DNA from: Chthoniobacter flavus
GTDB lineage: Bacteria; Verrucomicrobiota; Verrucomicrobiia; Chthoniobacterales; Chthoniobacteraceae
Assembly: GCA_040392045.1 (NCBI GenBank)
Contig: JBEBWR010000001.1
Coordinates: forward strand, 1 to 50,366
Direction of reading: 5' to 3'
Length of the DNA stretch: 50,366 nucleotides
Each line of letters starts with the position of its first letter. The stretch's first letter is position 1. Shown here one piece after another: positions 26,998 through 36,015 of this stretch. The notes under the pieces are model-generated. The model searched no databases. It was not told the origin of the DNA and saw only the letters and a program-made list of their open reading frames with translations. The translations under genes and the position numbers were made by a program.

Positions 26998-28260
26998 ATG
27001 CCTGTAACCTTACAATTAACTTCTCCAACGCGTCTTTTTGACGGGAGCTATTCATGGGCTCACCCCCGCGCGGGAGCCATTCCTGCCCATTCTTGCGGAA
27101 GCGCAATGGATGGACCGGTTGTCGTCATGACGCTTCAGAAAGTCGATCTGAAAGGCTCCGATTGTTTTGAAGACTTGCATCAAATGCGCACCGATAACCT
27201 CGGCCAAAGCTGGGACGGCCCGAGCGCGATCCCCAGCTTCTATAGAAGACCATTTCAGGAGGATCTGGTCATTACGGTCTGCGACTTTACGCCCAAGTGG
27301 CATGCAGCGAGCCGGACGCTACTTGGCACGGGGCATACGGTGATCTATCGTCCGGACGGTCAGCGGGTCAGTCTCGTCCGCAAAACCGCCTATGCCGGCT
27401 ACCGGATGGAGACCGGACAGTGGTCGGAGTGGAAGTGCCTGGAGATGCCGGATGAGCCGCATTTTCGCAATGCGGGAGCGGGCTCCACCCAGCGAGTGGA
27501 CTTGCCGGACGGTAATATTCTGTTGCCCATCTATTTCAACGCCAACCCGTCCGGAAGCCGCCTCGGCGCCTCCACGGTGCTTCGCTGTCGCTTTGACGGT
27601 GAGACGCTTGAATATCTGGAGCATGGCAGCGAATTGATTCCCGAAGGGGAGACCATGTCCGGGGAACCTTCGCTCGTCAGCTACGAGGGCCGCTATTATC
27701 TCACCGTGCGGGGGCGGCAAGCCGGCTATGTAGCGGAGTCCACCGACGGACTGCATTTCCCCGGGCTGAAACCGTGGCGATGGGATGATGGAGAGATTCT
27801 GGAGAGCCTTAATACACAGCAGCACTGGATTGTCGGAGGAGGCCGACTCTATCTGGCCTATACCCGAAAGAGCGGGGACAACGCTCACGTTTATTGCCAC
27901 CGGGCGCCCCTTTTCATGGCAGAGGTTGATCCTCGACGGCTCTGTCTTCTGCGTTCCAGCGAGCGGATTCTGATGCCCGATCGCGGCGCCCGTTATGGAA
28001 ATTTTGCAGTGACAGAGATCGATAACAACGAGGCGTGGGTGACAGATTGCGAGTGGATGCAGAATGACTATCCCTACGTGCAGGCTGCGATTGACCGCTT
28101 GCAGGGAAAGGTCGCGCCGGAGGTGCTTCAGGAAGCGCTCCGGTCCCCCCGGTATAGCGAACTTTGCCATTTGATGGGAGCTGACGGCTCGGTGTGGGTC
28201 ACAAAGCTGCGGTGGCAACGGGATACTTTGTCGGAGATCGGAGAAGGGGGGACGCGATGA
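26998..28260 (+). CDS. BNR/Asp-box beta-propeller protein (sialidase-fold glycosidase-like), no signal peptide
   Basis: The ATG at 26998 gives MPVTLQL. There is a degenerate Asp-box, TDNLGQSW. It is a paralog of 43773-45023, which carries a canonical SNDGGESW. The track ORF is over-extended to 26767. Confidence 0.6.
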   Translation: MPVTLQLTSPTRLFDGSYSWAHPRAGAIPAHSCGSAMDGPVVVMTLQKVDLKGSDCFEDLHQMRTDNLGQSWDGPSAIPSFYRRPFQEDLVITVCDFTPKWHAASRTLLGTGHTVIYRPDGQRVSLVRKTAYAGYRMETGQWSEWKCLEMPDEPHFRNAGAGSTQRVDLPDGNILLPIYFNANPSGSRLGASTVLRCRFDGETLEYLEHGSELIPEGETMSGEPSLVSYEGRYYLTVRGRQAGYVAESTDGLHFPGLKPWRWDDGEILESLNTQQHWIVGGGRLYLAYTRKSGDNAHVYCHRAPLFMAEVDPRRLCLLRSSERILMPDRGARYGNFAVTEIDNNEAWVTDCEWMQNDYPYVQAAIDRLQGKVAPEVLQEALRSPRYSELCHLMGADGSVWVTKLRWQRDTLSEIGEGGTR

Positions 28261-29414
28261 CGGTTCTCAGCGCATCCGCATCGGTCCGCGCCTTGACGAA
28301 GGGGCCTCGTCATCATTTCTTTGGATATTACGACAAGTCTCCGTGGGACGCCTCAGGCCGCCGGCTGCTCGCGATGGAAGCCAGCTTCATGGATCGCGCG
28401 CCGTGCGCCAGCGACCCGCTGATCATCGGCATCATCGACACCGCCAATGATCAGTGGAACCCGATTGCCGAAACCCGCGCATGGAACTGGCAGCAGGGCT
28501 GTATGCTTCAATGGCTGGGCAACGGCAGCACCGGGGATCTTATCTTCAACGATCTCAGGGAAGGTCGCTTCGTCTCCCGCATCGTCAATATCCATACGGG
28601 GCGGGAACGGCTTCTGGATCGCCCCATCTACGCCGTGAACCCGGCGGGGACAGAAGCGGTATCGCTGAGCTTCAGCCGCCTCCACCATCAGCGCAGAGGA
28701 TACGGCTACGATGGCGTTGCTGATGCGAATCGCTCCATCGCGGTGCCGGAGGATGACGGGCTCTATCGCGTGGATTTATCGACGGGGGAAAGCCGCATGA
28801 TTCTTAGCATTGCGGAGGCTGTGGAGTTCGAGCGTCAACCGGCGTTTGAAGGAAAATTTCACCGCTTCAATCATGCGCAATTTAGCCGCGATGGGAACCG
28901 CTTCGCCTTTCTACATCGTTATCAGACCGCTCCGGAAAGAGGACATCTGACCCGCCTCCTGACCATTGGGATCGACGGCAGCGCTCTCTGGACCGTCTCG
29001 GATGACGAGATGGTATCGCATTACGATTGGGGGGTAAATGGGCGCATTATCGCCTGGGCCCGTCGGCGGGAGATCGGAGATCGCTATTTTCTTTTTCGCG
29101 ACCAGACCGATCAGATCCGGATCGTCGGGGAGGAATGCTTCGACTCCGATGGTCACTGCTCGTTCTCGCCGGATGGCGAGTGGATATTGACGGATACCTA
29201 CCCCGACGATGACAACCACCGCGTCGTCGCTCTTTATCATCCGGAACGGCGACAGAGGATCAATATCGGTCGTTTCCATTCCATGCCGCTACCCGACGAG
29301 ATCCGATGCGATCTTCATCCACGCTGGGGGCGGTGCGGACGGAAAGTCTGCATCGATTCCACGCACGAGGGAACCCGTCAGATGTACATCATTGATCTGG
29401 AGGAAGTACTATGA
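28257..29414 (+). CDS. TolB-like beta-propeller protein (function unknown), no signal peptide
   Basis: The ATG at 28257 overlaps the upstream stop as ATGA. HHFFGYYDKSPWD is at the N-terminus. Repeated FSRDG/FSPDG-type blade motifs are present, and the C-terminus has CDLHPRW...IDSTHEGTRQMYIIDL. Confidence 0.5.
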   Translation: MTVLSASASVRALTKGPRHHFFGYYDKSPWDASGRRLLAMEASFMDRAPCASDPLIIGIIDTANDQWNPIAETRAWNWQQGCMLQWLGNGSTGDLIFNDLREGRFVSRIVNIHTGRERLLDRPIYAVNPAGTEAVSLSFSRLHHQRRGYGYDGVADANRSIAVPEDDGLYRVDLSTGESRMILSIAEAVEFERQPAFEGKFHRFNHAQFSRDGNRFAFLHRYQTAPERGHLTRLLTIGIDGSALWTVSDDEMVSHYDWGVNGRIIAWARRREIGDRYFLFRDQTDQIRIVGEECFDSDGHCSFSPDGEWILTDTYPDDDNHRVVALYHPERRQRINIGRFHSMPLPDEIRCDLHPRWGRCGRKVCIDSTHEGTRQMYIIDLEEVL

Positions 29415-30856
29415 ATCCTTGCCCGCGTTTTCCCATCCGTGGCGCGAACTTGTGTGAATCGCTCCTTCGCCATACACCGGATCAACTGGAGGCGTTTCTG
29501 GATCGCATGGTGGAGAATCGGATGAACACCCTCATTGTTCACGTCGCCTATGGATTTAAGGCCTTTGGCGAGCCTCTGGAAATGGCCTGCCGGGAGCGCG
29601 ACATCGGGATCGTCTATTACCTTCAAACGTCGCTGCTCTTTCTGAAGGGGATCTCTCCGGATCTGTTTGCCAAAGATCGTGGGGGACGGGTGCGAACTCC
29701 GCTACTGGGGAATGAAACCCGTCTTTGCGTTTCCGATCCCCGGGCTCAGGGAGCCTTTCGTCACGGGGTGCGCCGCTATTTTGAGACGCTAAAGGTTTCA
29801 GCGCGCAAGCGACTCGCCTTTATCGACTCTGATGGCTACCTGTTCTGCCAATGTCCGAGCTGCGACTCCCTTGGTCCTGTTGAGCAGTGGATGGTGCTTT
29901 ACCGGATTCTTCTGGAGGAAGGCCAACGAAGCGGCAAGGATCTGGCTTTCTGGTATCTGAGTTATGTCTGGAGGTATCAGCTACCGCGGGACATGACGGT
30001 TTTTGAGCAAGTGGAGGCGGTTCTGTTCGATACCCACCAGCGGTGTCGCTGGGCGGCTCTTGGAGAGGAGCACGCGCTTACGGCATACAACGATCTGGAA
30101 GCGCTGGGCGACTCGCGGGCGGCATCTATCCCTCTGAATTGCTACCTTGTGGAGCGGCTGGCCGAATGGAGAAGGCGCTTCGGAGGGAAGCTGATTGTCT
30201 TTGAAAATCTGATGCTCCAAGGCTCGATCAGTTGTCCCCAGCCTTATACGCCACAACTGCTCCGCGATTTGGATTACTACGAAAGTTGCGGGCTTGACGG
30301 TGTGATCTACGAAGCATTTGAGCCGGGCATTGAAAGCTTTTCCGGGCAGCTACGCGTTCTTTGCCGCGAGTTGGTTTCCCGATCCGAAACCGTACCTCCT
30401 CCGACCGCTCTGGAGGCGGCCTGTCACCAGTACCTTCGCTGTGAAGTGCCGGAACGTTTCAATTACAAAAATCAGTTCAACGTTCTCTCCTACCTTACCA
30501 CCTCCCGTTTCGATGGCTTAGCGCTTCTGGAGGCGCACCGTCAGGACCCCGTACTGACACGCTACGCGACACTCCTGCGGGCATTTCTGCTTGAGCGCAC
30601 ATCTGCCGCCTGCGTCGCAGTCGTTGAATACGTCCTGCTTCACAAGCAGCGGTTTGATTGGATCATGATCGGGTTTAATCTGCTACGGGCCGTGGAACCT
30701 CCCATTCAGCAGTCCCAAAGCCCGGCGGCAGCGTTTCTCGCAGCGGACAAACTTTGGGATTGGATGGAGGAACAGCCCGATCCGCTGAGTGCGGCGGACG
30801 AGATGATTCGCTCGCTTGTGGCGGTGCTCAGAGCTACTACATGCAAACCATCATAG
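29411..30856 (+). CDS. hypothetical protein (possible TIM-barrel glycosidase-like), no signal peptide
   Basis: The ATG at 29411 overlaps the upstream stop as ATGA. 481 aa. ...NRMNTLIVHVAYGF... suggests a beta/alpha barrel. I do not recognise the family. Confidence 0.45.
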   Translation: MNPCPRFPIRGANLCESLLRHTPDQLEAFLDRMVENRMNTLIVHVAYGFKAFGEPLEMACRERDIGIVYYLQTSLLFLKGISPDLFAKDRGGRVRTPLLGNETRLCVSDPRAQGAFRHGVRRYFETLKVSARKRLAFIDSDGYLFCQCPSCDSLGPVEQWMVLYRILLEEGQRSGKDLAFWYLSYVWRYQLPRDMTVFEQVEAVLFDTHQRCRWAALGEEHALTAYNDLEALGDSRAASIPLNCYLVERLAEWRRRFGGKLIVFENLMLQGSISCPQPYTPQLLRDLDYYESCGLDGVIYEAFEPGIESFSGQLRVLCRELVSRSETVPPPTALEAACHQYLRCEVPERFNYKNQFNVLSYLTTSRFDGLALLEAHRQDPVLTRYATLLRAFLLERTSAACVAVVEYVLLHKQRFDWIMIGFNLLRAVEPPIQQSQSPAAAFLAADKLWDWMEEQPDPLSAADEMIRSLVAVLRATTCKPS

Positions 30857-30928
30857 AAGTTTACCGGAACGGGAGACGCATCGAACGCCCCGGAAAGTGG
30901 ATGAAGGTGAACAAAAGAATAAGCCAGA

Positions 30929-31663
30929 GTGAAACTTCCTTTCCTTATGATTTCTCAGTCATCAGCAGCTTCCAGCGTTGACACCCACACGGCCGGAACT
31001 CCCATCCGTCTCCATACCGAGCTTTGGGAAACCCGGTACAATCTTCATCTCCAAAAAGCCCGAGCGGGTGGGATTGATGTTTTATTTATCGGCGACTCGA
31101 TCACGCAATACTGGACCGATGAACGTCGTGGACTCAAAGTATGGGAGGAGGAATTTCAACCTCTTAATGCGGCAAACTTCGGCATTGCCGGAAATCGGAC
31201 TCAGCATATCCTCTGGCGTTTGCAGAACGGAGAAGCGGAGGGCTTCACGCCGAAAGTCGTCGTGCTGCTGGTCGGGACGAATAATGCCGCTTTCGAAGAT
31301 GATGAAACGACACCTCGTAATCGGATTGAGGATATCGTTGAAGCAATTGGCATGATTGTCGCCGAAGCGCGGGCCCGCTTCCCGGAAGCGAAAATTTTGT
31401 TACAAGCGCTTCTGCCTCGCGGCAAGGCGGGCAGCGCTATCCGTGAACGGGTGAAACAGATCAATCACTGCATTCAAAAGTTGCAGGACCACGATCAGGT
31501 TCATTACCTCGATATCGGTGCGGCCTTTCTGGACGAGGCCGGTGAGATTCCGGAGGATGTTATGCCCGACGCGCTACATCCGAATGAGAAGGGCTACCGG
31601 ATTTACGCGGAGGCAGTCAAACCAATGGTCCTGAAGCTCCTCAAGCAAGAGTCTCTTCCATAG
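30929..31663 (+). CDS. SGNH/GDSL-family esterase (PAF-acetylhydrolase / sugar O-acetylesterase-like)
   Basis: Block I VLFIGDSITQYW, block III LVGTNN, block V DALHPNEKGY. The start is either GTG 30929 or ATG 30948, and neither has a clear RBS. Confidence 0.8.
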   Translation: MKLPFLMISQSSAASSVDTHTAGTPIRLHTELWETRYNLHLQKARAGGIDVLFIGDSITQYWTDERRGLKVWEEEFQPLNAANFGIAGNRTQHILWRLQNGEAEGFTPKVVVLLVGTNNAAFEDDETTPRNRIEDIVEAIGMIVAEARARFPEAKILLQALLPRGKAGSAIRERVKQINHCIQKLQDHDQVHYLDIGAAFLDEAGEIPEDVMPDALHPNEKGYRIYAEAVKPMVLKLLKQESLP

Positions 31664-31916
31664 CGCCGCCTGAACTCTGGGGAGCTACTTTTGGACGGCT
31701 GGCAGTAGACGCTCCGTCTATGGAAAGTCCGATCGGAAGGTGCACCTTGAGATTATACGCCCGATCCGCGACGCTCGTCAATCGGTGGCTCTCGTTGCGA
31801 AGCTGTATCGGAAAAAAGTGCAGATCGAAAGAGTTGATCCGTCCGCGGCTTGCCGGTCATTCTCTGGACGAACGATCCCTCACCTCCCAGGAAATGCTCA
31901 GACGGGCAGTTGCGAA

Positions 31917-34900
31917 ATGTTAGCCGAAGAATTTAGTTCCATCGTAAAATTTGCGTTTCGTTGCGCATTGCTCGTCATGATATCAACCCACCTGTACGCC
32001 GCTGGCGGGAGTGCTCCGGTCGTGAACCCGAAGCTGACATTTAATGGGTGCGAAAGCTTTGAACGGGCGACCTTTCGGAGCGGTGTCTTCGAAGGAACGA
32101 TGGCCCGAGGTTATGCGATGCTTCGCCCGATGAACGCCAATGTCCCCGCGTCGGGCTTTCCCTATCTCATGGTGCAGTACCGGATCGACCATGACCGCTC
32201 GGGGACGATCGGCGCCTATTTTACCACGGACGCGGAGAAAGAACTCTCCGACAGCAAAAGAGCTACCGTTCGTTTTTCCGCAAAGTCGAATGAATGGAAC
32301 GTGGCCGTGATCCCGCTGAAGCAATCACCGAAGTATTCCGGTATCATTCGCTCCATCCGGGTCGATATCAGGGGGGAGAAAGGAGATGGTGTAAAAGTCG
32401 GGGGCTGCTTTCTGAGCGGAGATGTCGCCGATGCCGAAGCAATCCTTCAGCAGGCCAAAACGCTCGCTTCCGGGGCCGCCCCGGCCGCGCCTTCCTATAC
32501 CGTGAAGACCTATGATGGCGGTGAGGGAGAAGCCCGATCCATCGCTGACACGGTCGAAGTTGCCAAAAGGAACGCTGTCGGTATGGTGAACGTTCAGTTC
32601 AAGGTGCCGTATACCGTACGCGCCGATGCGAACTATGTGATCCGGTGTGAGTATCAGTCTTCGAATGCTTTTCAAAATTCGATCCTGATGATCCGGGCGA
32701 CGCAGCAGGCCGACGCGACGCCGACCGCCGGGTTTGGAAAGATCCTCGGCGGCGACCATTGGATCTGGGCGAACTACTCCTCCATCCGCAACACCCCCGC
32801 CGGGCGCTGGGATCACCGCTACTCCACATTTCGGGCCCGGCACGACTCCGACGCGCTCTATGTCAACGTCCTCGTCTGGGGCAATCCGCTCACGGCGAGG
32901 ATTCGTAACGTCGAGGTTTTTGAATATCCTGAGCCGACCATCCCGATCCCTCCGTTGGAAGCGTTCAAGGATGCCGCGACTCAGGAGCAGATGTTGGAAA
33001 TCCTGGAGAAGCGGGAACCTTCGGAAGCGAGCGTGGGCGAATATAAAGGACGCAAGGTGATTCTGGTCAACGACTCCGTCGCTCAGGGGATCGGGATTTA
33101 CAAAGGGTACCGGAAGGCCGGAACCTACCGGGGGTTGGATGTAGCCCATTTCGGAGAGCTCGGAGTCAATCTGGTGACTTCAAAGGTGCTGACGGGTAAG
33201 CCAACCTCAGACGCTCCCGAGGGCTTCTGGACCGGTCCGCAGCAGTACGACTTCAAGCGGATCGATGACATCGTCTACGAAACCCTTCGCCTGAACCCCT
33301 CCGCCAATATCATTCTTGAGCTGGTGGTCAGCCCGTACCAGATGTGGTATAAGCATCATCCCGAGAGCGAATTGGCCCGGAACGGGAAAGGGGAGCTGGC
33401 TTACGGCCCGGGACTCTACAAAGGCTTTACCAGCGACCGGAGCGTTGTGGAGCGGGAGGGCAGCGGCAGGCATTGGATTCCCTCATGGTCCTCCGGCGCG
33501 TACCTGCGTGATGTGGAGGCGATGATTGCCGATACGGTCGCTCATCTCAAAAAGCAGCCGTATGCCAAAGCAATCGTGGGCGCGCATTTTTCGGGCGGCG
33601 ACGATGGGCAGTTCGGTAACGCTTTCTATGATCACTCGGACGTTTCGCGGCAGAAGTTTCAAGAATTTCTCGCGGCCAAGTACCCTTCGATTGAGAAGCT
33701 CAACGCCATTTGGGGGAGCACGTTCGGGAGTTTTCAGGATATCGGCATTCCCGACATGTTCAAAGAGAACTGGAAGGTCTCTCATCAAACCGTCGAGCTT
33801 GCCACGGACTACCGCGATTTCAGCATCACCCAGACGCATGTCTTTCGCGACCGCATGGCCAAGGCGTTCAAGGAGAGCTTTGACAAGCCGGTCATCGCTA
33901 TCAGCTATGGATTTCCCTCCGGGGATTACTTCGCTAACCTGAAGTGGATCGACGCCTTTTGTTTCCAGCCCGGGTACTTCCAGCGCAAGGCGGGCGTGGC
34001 GACGAACAACTTTCCCCGGACGCTGTTTCACCGTCCCGACAAACTTTTCATCACCGAGTTTGACACACGCGGGAACGGCGATCTCAATGTCGGAAGCGCT
34101 GGCGCGCTCTTCTACAACGAGGGCGTCGGCTGGGAGGCGTCGATGGAGGATTGGCGGAATTCCTACCGGAAGCTGATCGGGCAGTTGATCACCAGGGGCT
34201 ACTATTATTGGTACTATGATATGTATCAGTATTACAATTCCCCGGAGTTTAGACAGGAGATCGGGAAGGTCCAGAATACGGTGGAGAAAATCTTCGAGCG
34301 GGGAAAAACGCCGTTCAAGCCGGACGTCTGCGTGGTGATGTCACACCGGCAGGTTCAGTTCTCCACGAACTGGCTGCTGATGACGGAGCATATCAACTAT
34401 AATCCGCAGTATCAGGAGTTTGAGCTGAGCGGCGTGCCGATGGACAAGGTCTATCTCTCCGAGATGCGCAAAGATCCCCGGCTGAAGGACTATAAAGTAT
34501 TCATCTTTTTCCAGAATGGCTATATCAGCGATGCGGACCGGCTGTTTATCGAGGAGGAGTTGAAGAGAGACGGACGCACGCTGATCTGGATCTACGACTC
34601 CGGGTTTATCGGCGAAGCCGGAATCTCCCTCGACCGCATGAAGGAGCTGGTTGGTATGGAGATTACCCACGAGTCGCGCACCACCCGGCTGACGCCGCTG
34701 ATGGAGCGGACCGATCCGCTATTACAGAATGTCCCCGAGCTGTTCTCCGGTACGCTATGGCTCTGCACCATCCGGCCGAACCTGTCGGGATGGGAGCCGT
34801 TTCGTATTAGCGATCCGGGAGTGAAGGTGCTGGGCCGCTATCAGGAGGATGGCACGGTGGCCGCCGCGATGAAGGAGTTTCCGGAGTGGACCTCCATCTA

Positions 34901-35177
34901 TCTGGCTTCGCCGCAGTCACTGCACGGGCAGCTCCTGCACAATATCGCGAAGGCGGCGGGATGCTATGTCGCGGGGGACTACGGCGAGCAGCTTGATATC
35001 GACAGCGGATTCGCCTCGATTCATGGAGTGATTGACAATCCGAAGTATCGCCTGACTCTCCCGCCCGGAAAGTCAACCATCCGCGACGCCTTCACCGGCG
35101 AAGTTCTGGGGGAACAGATCCGCCAGTACGAATTCCCCGTCGAGGCGTGGAAGACTTACTGGTTCCTCTTCGAGTAG
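31917..35177 (+). CDS. large secreted glycoside-hydrolase-like protein with a GH42-like central region
   Basis: The ATG at 31917 gives MLAEEFSSIVKFAFRCALLVMISTHLYAAG (signal peptide). QKFQEFLAAKYPSIEKLNAIWGSTFGSF resembles the conserved GH42 beta-galactosidase segment. The N-terminal region of about 400 aa is unassigned. The track ORF is over-extended to 31740. Confidence 0.55.
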   Translation: MLAEEFSSIVKFAFRCALLVMISTHLYAAGGSAPVVNPKLTFNGCESFERATFRSGVFEGTMARGYAMLRPMNANVPASGFPYLMVQYRIDHDRSGTIGAYFTTDAEKELSDSKRATVRFSAKSNEWNVAVIPLKQSPKYSGIIRSIRVDIRGEKGDGVKVGGCFLSGDVADAEAILQQAKTLASGAAPAAPSYTVKTYDGGEGEARSIADTVEVAKRNAVGMVNVQFKVPYTVRADANYVIRCEYQSSNAFQNSILMIRATQQADATPTAGFGKILGGDHWIWANYSSIRNTPAGRWDHRYSTFRARHDSDALYVNVLVWGNPLTARIRNVEVFEYPEPTIPIPPLEAFKDAATQEQMLEILEKREPSEASVGEYKGRKVILVNDSVAQGIGIYKGYRKAGTYRGLDVAHFGELGVNLVTSKVLTGKPTSDAPEGFWTGPQQYDFKRIDDIVYETLRLNPSANIILELVVSPYQMWYKHHPESELARNGKGELAYGPGLYKGFTSDRSVVEREGSGRHWIPSWSSGAYLRDVEAMIADTVAHLKKQPYAKAIVGAHFSGGDDGQFGNAFYDHSDVSRQKFQEFLAAKYPSIEKLNAIWGSTFGSFQDIGIPDMFKENWKVSHQTVELATDYRDFSITQTHVFRDRMAKAFKESFDKPVIAISYGFPSGDYFANLKWIDAFCFQPGYFQRKAGVATNNFPRTLFHRPDKLFITEFDTRGNGDLNVGSAGALFYNEGVGWEASMEDWRNSYRKLIGQLITRGYYYWYYDMYQYYNSPEFRQEIGKVQNTVEKIFERGKTPFKPDVCVVMSHRQVQFSTNWLLMTEHINYNPQYQEFELSGVPMDKVYLSEMRKDPRLKDYKVFIFFQNGYISDADRLFIEEELKRDGRTLIWIYDSGFIGEAGISLDRMKELVGMEITHESRTTRLTPLMERTDPLLQNVPELFSGTLWLCTIRPNLSGWEPFRISDPGVKVLGRYQEDGTVAAAMKEFPEWTSIYLASPQSLHGQLLHNIAKAAGCYVAGDYGEQLDIDSGFASIHGVIDNPKYRLTLPPGKSTIRDAFTGEVLGEQIRQYEFPVEAWKTYWFLFE

Positions 35178-35181
35178 AGGC

Positions 35182-35892
35182 CTACCCTTCTACGGCGGCT
35201 CCGGAGGAGAGAAACTCCCGGATTCTCCCGATATGGGTCTGCATCAGTTCATCCGCGCCCTTGGCATCGCGCTTTTTCAGCGCTTCGACAATATCCGCAT
35301 GCCGTACTCCGGCGAGAATCCCCGGAGTCTGGCTGGGAGTGACCTGCAAGGAGCAGACAAAACAGAGATGCATGAGATGTTGACGGTCGAGAACTTCCGT
35401 CAAAAAGCGGTTTCCGCTGGCCCGGGCGATCCCCATATGAAAGTCCATGTCCTTGCGGATAGCCTTCAATCGCTGCGCGACATCGCTATTGATCTCTCTC
35501 ATGCTCCAGAAATCCGTTTCCTGGGCCATCTTCTCAAGGCGCCTGATCTCGGCGGCGGAGATCCGTGAGGCCGCTTGAAAGGCCGCCAGCCCCTCCAGTC
35601 GGACCCGAATCTCCAGAAGATTCATATACTCTTCCACAGAAACGCTTCTCACATAAGTGCCGGACCGGTTGCGACGCTCCAGCACGCCCCCCTCCGCAAG
35701 GCGGTTGAGCGCCATCTTCACGGGGCTGAGCCCATAGCCGAGTCGTTCCGCCAGCAGATACTCGCTAAGCTTTGCCCCCGGCAGGTATTCGCCATTGCGA
35801 ATCAGCGTCGCGATCTCCACGGCGCAGGCATCGCTCAGGGTTAGCGACGACTGCGTACCGTTCGGGGCTTTCGGTTTGATGGTGCGCTTCAT
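35182..35892 (-). CDS. GntR-family transcriptional regulator (FadR/FCD subfamily)
   Basis: wHTH ...LPGAKLSEYLLAERLGYGLSPVKMALNRLAEGGVLERRNRSGTYV followed by an all-helical C-terminal domain. 236 aa. Confidence 0.85.
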   Translation of the reverse strand: MKRTIKPKAPNGTQSSLTLSDACAVEIATLIRNGEYLPGAKLSEYLLAERLGYGLSPVKMALNRLAEGGVLERRNRSGTYVRSVSVEEYMNLLEIRVRLEGLAAFQAASRISAAEIRRLEKMAQETDFWSMREINSDVAQRLKAIRKDMDFHMGIARASGNRFLTEVLDRQHLMHLCFVCSLQVTPSQTPGILAGVRHADIVEALKKRDAKGADELMQTHIGRIREFLSSGAAVEG

Positions 35893-35979
35893 TAAAGACT
35901 CAAGCTCTTTCGGAATCTAGCAGTCACCTCCGGCCAACGTCAAATCATTCGCCCTCGGGCGGCGGTTTCAAAAGAAAGG

Positions 35980-35999
35980 TTGACAACTGATACATTAGT
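35980..35999 (+). promoter_or_regulatory. TTGACA -35-like hexamer fused to the imperfect inverted repeat ACTGATACATTAGT (candidate GntR operator/promoter)
   Basis: TTGACAACTGATACATTAGT lies in the divergent GntR / 36016 intergenic region. ATTTAT sits 17 nt downstream of TTGACA and ends 7 nt before the ATG at 36016. The element is near-identical to the one at 37754. Confidence 0.45.
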
Positions 36000-36015
36000 T
36001 TGATTTATTTGGAGC

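Noticed and set aside
30841-30981. A small 46-codon ORF (MQTIIEVYRNGRRIERPGKWMKVNKRISQSETSFPYDFSVISSFQR) bridging the 29411-30856 and SGNH genes.
   Set aside because: It overlaps the ends of both neighbours out of frame. It has no RBS, no recognisable motif and no GC3 bias. It is most likely spurious, although a small protein cannot be excluded without ribosome profiling.
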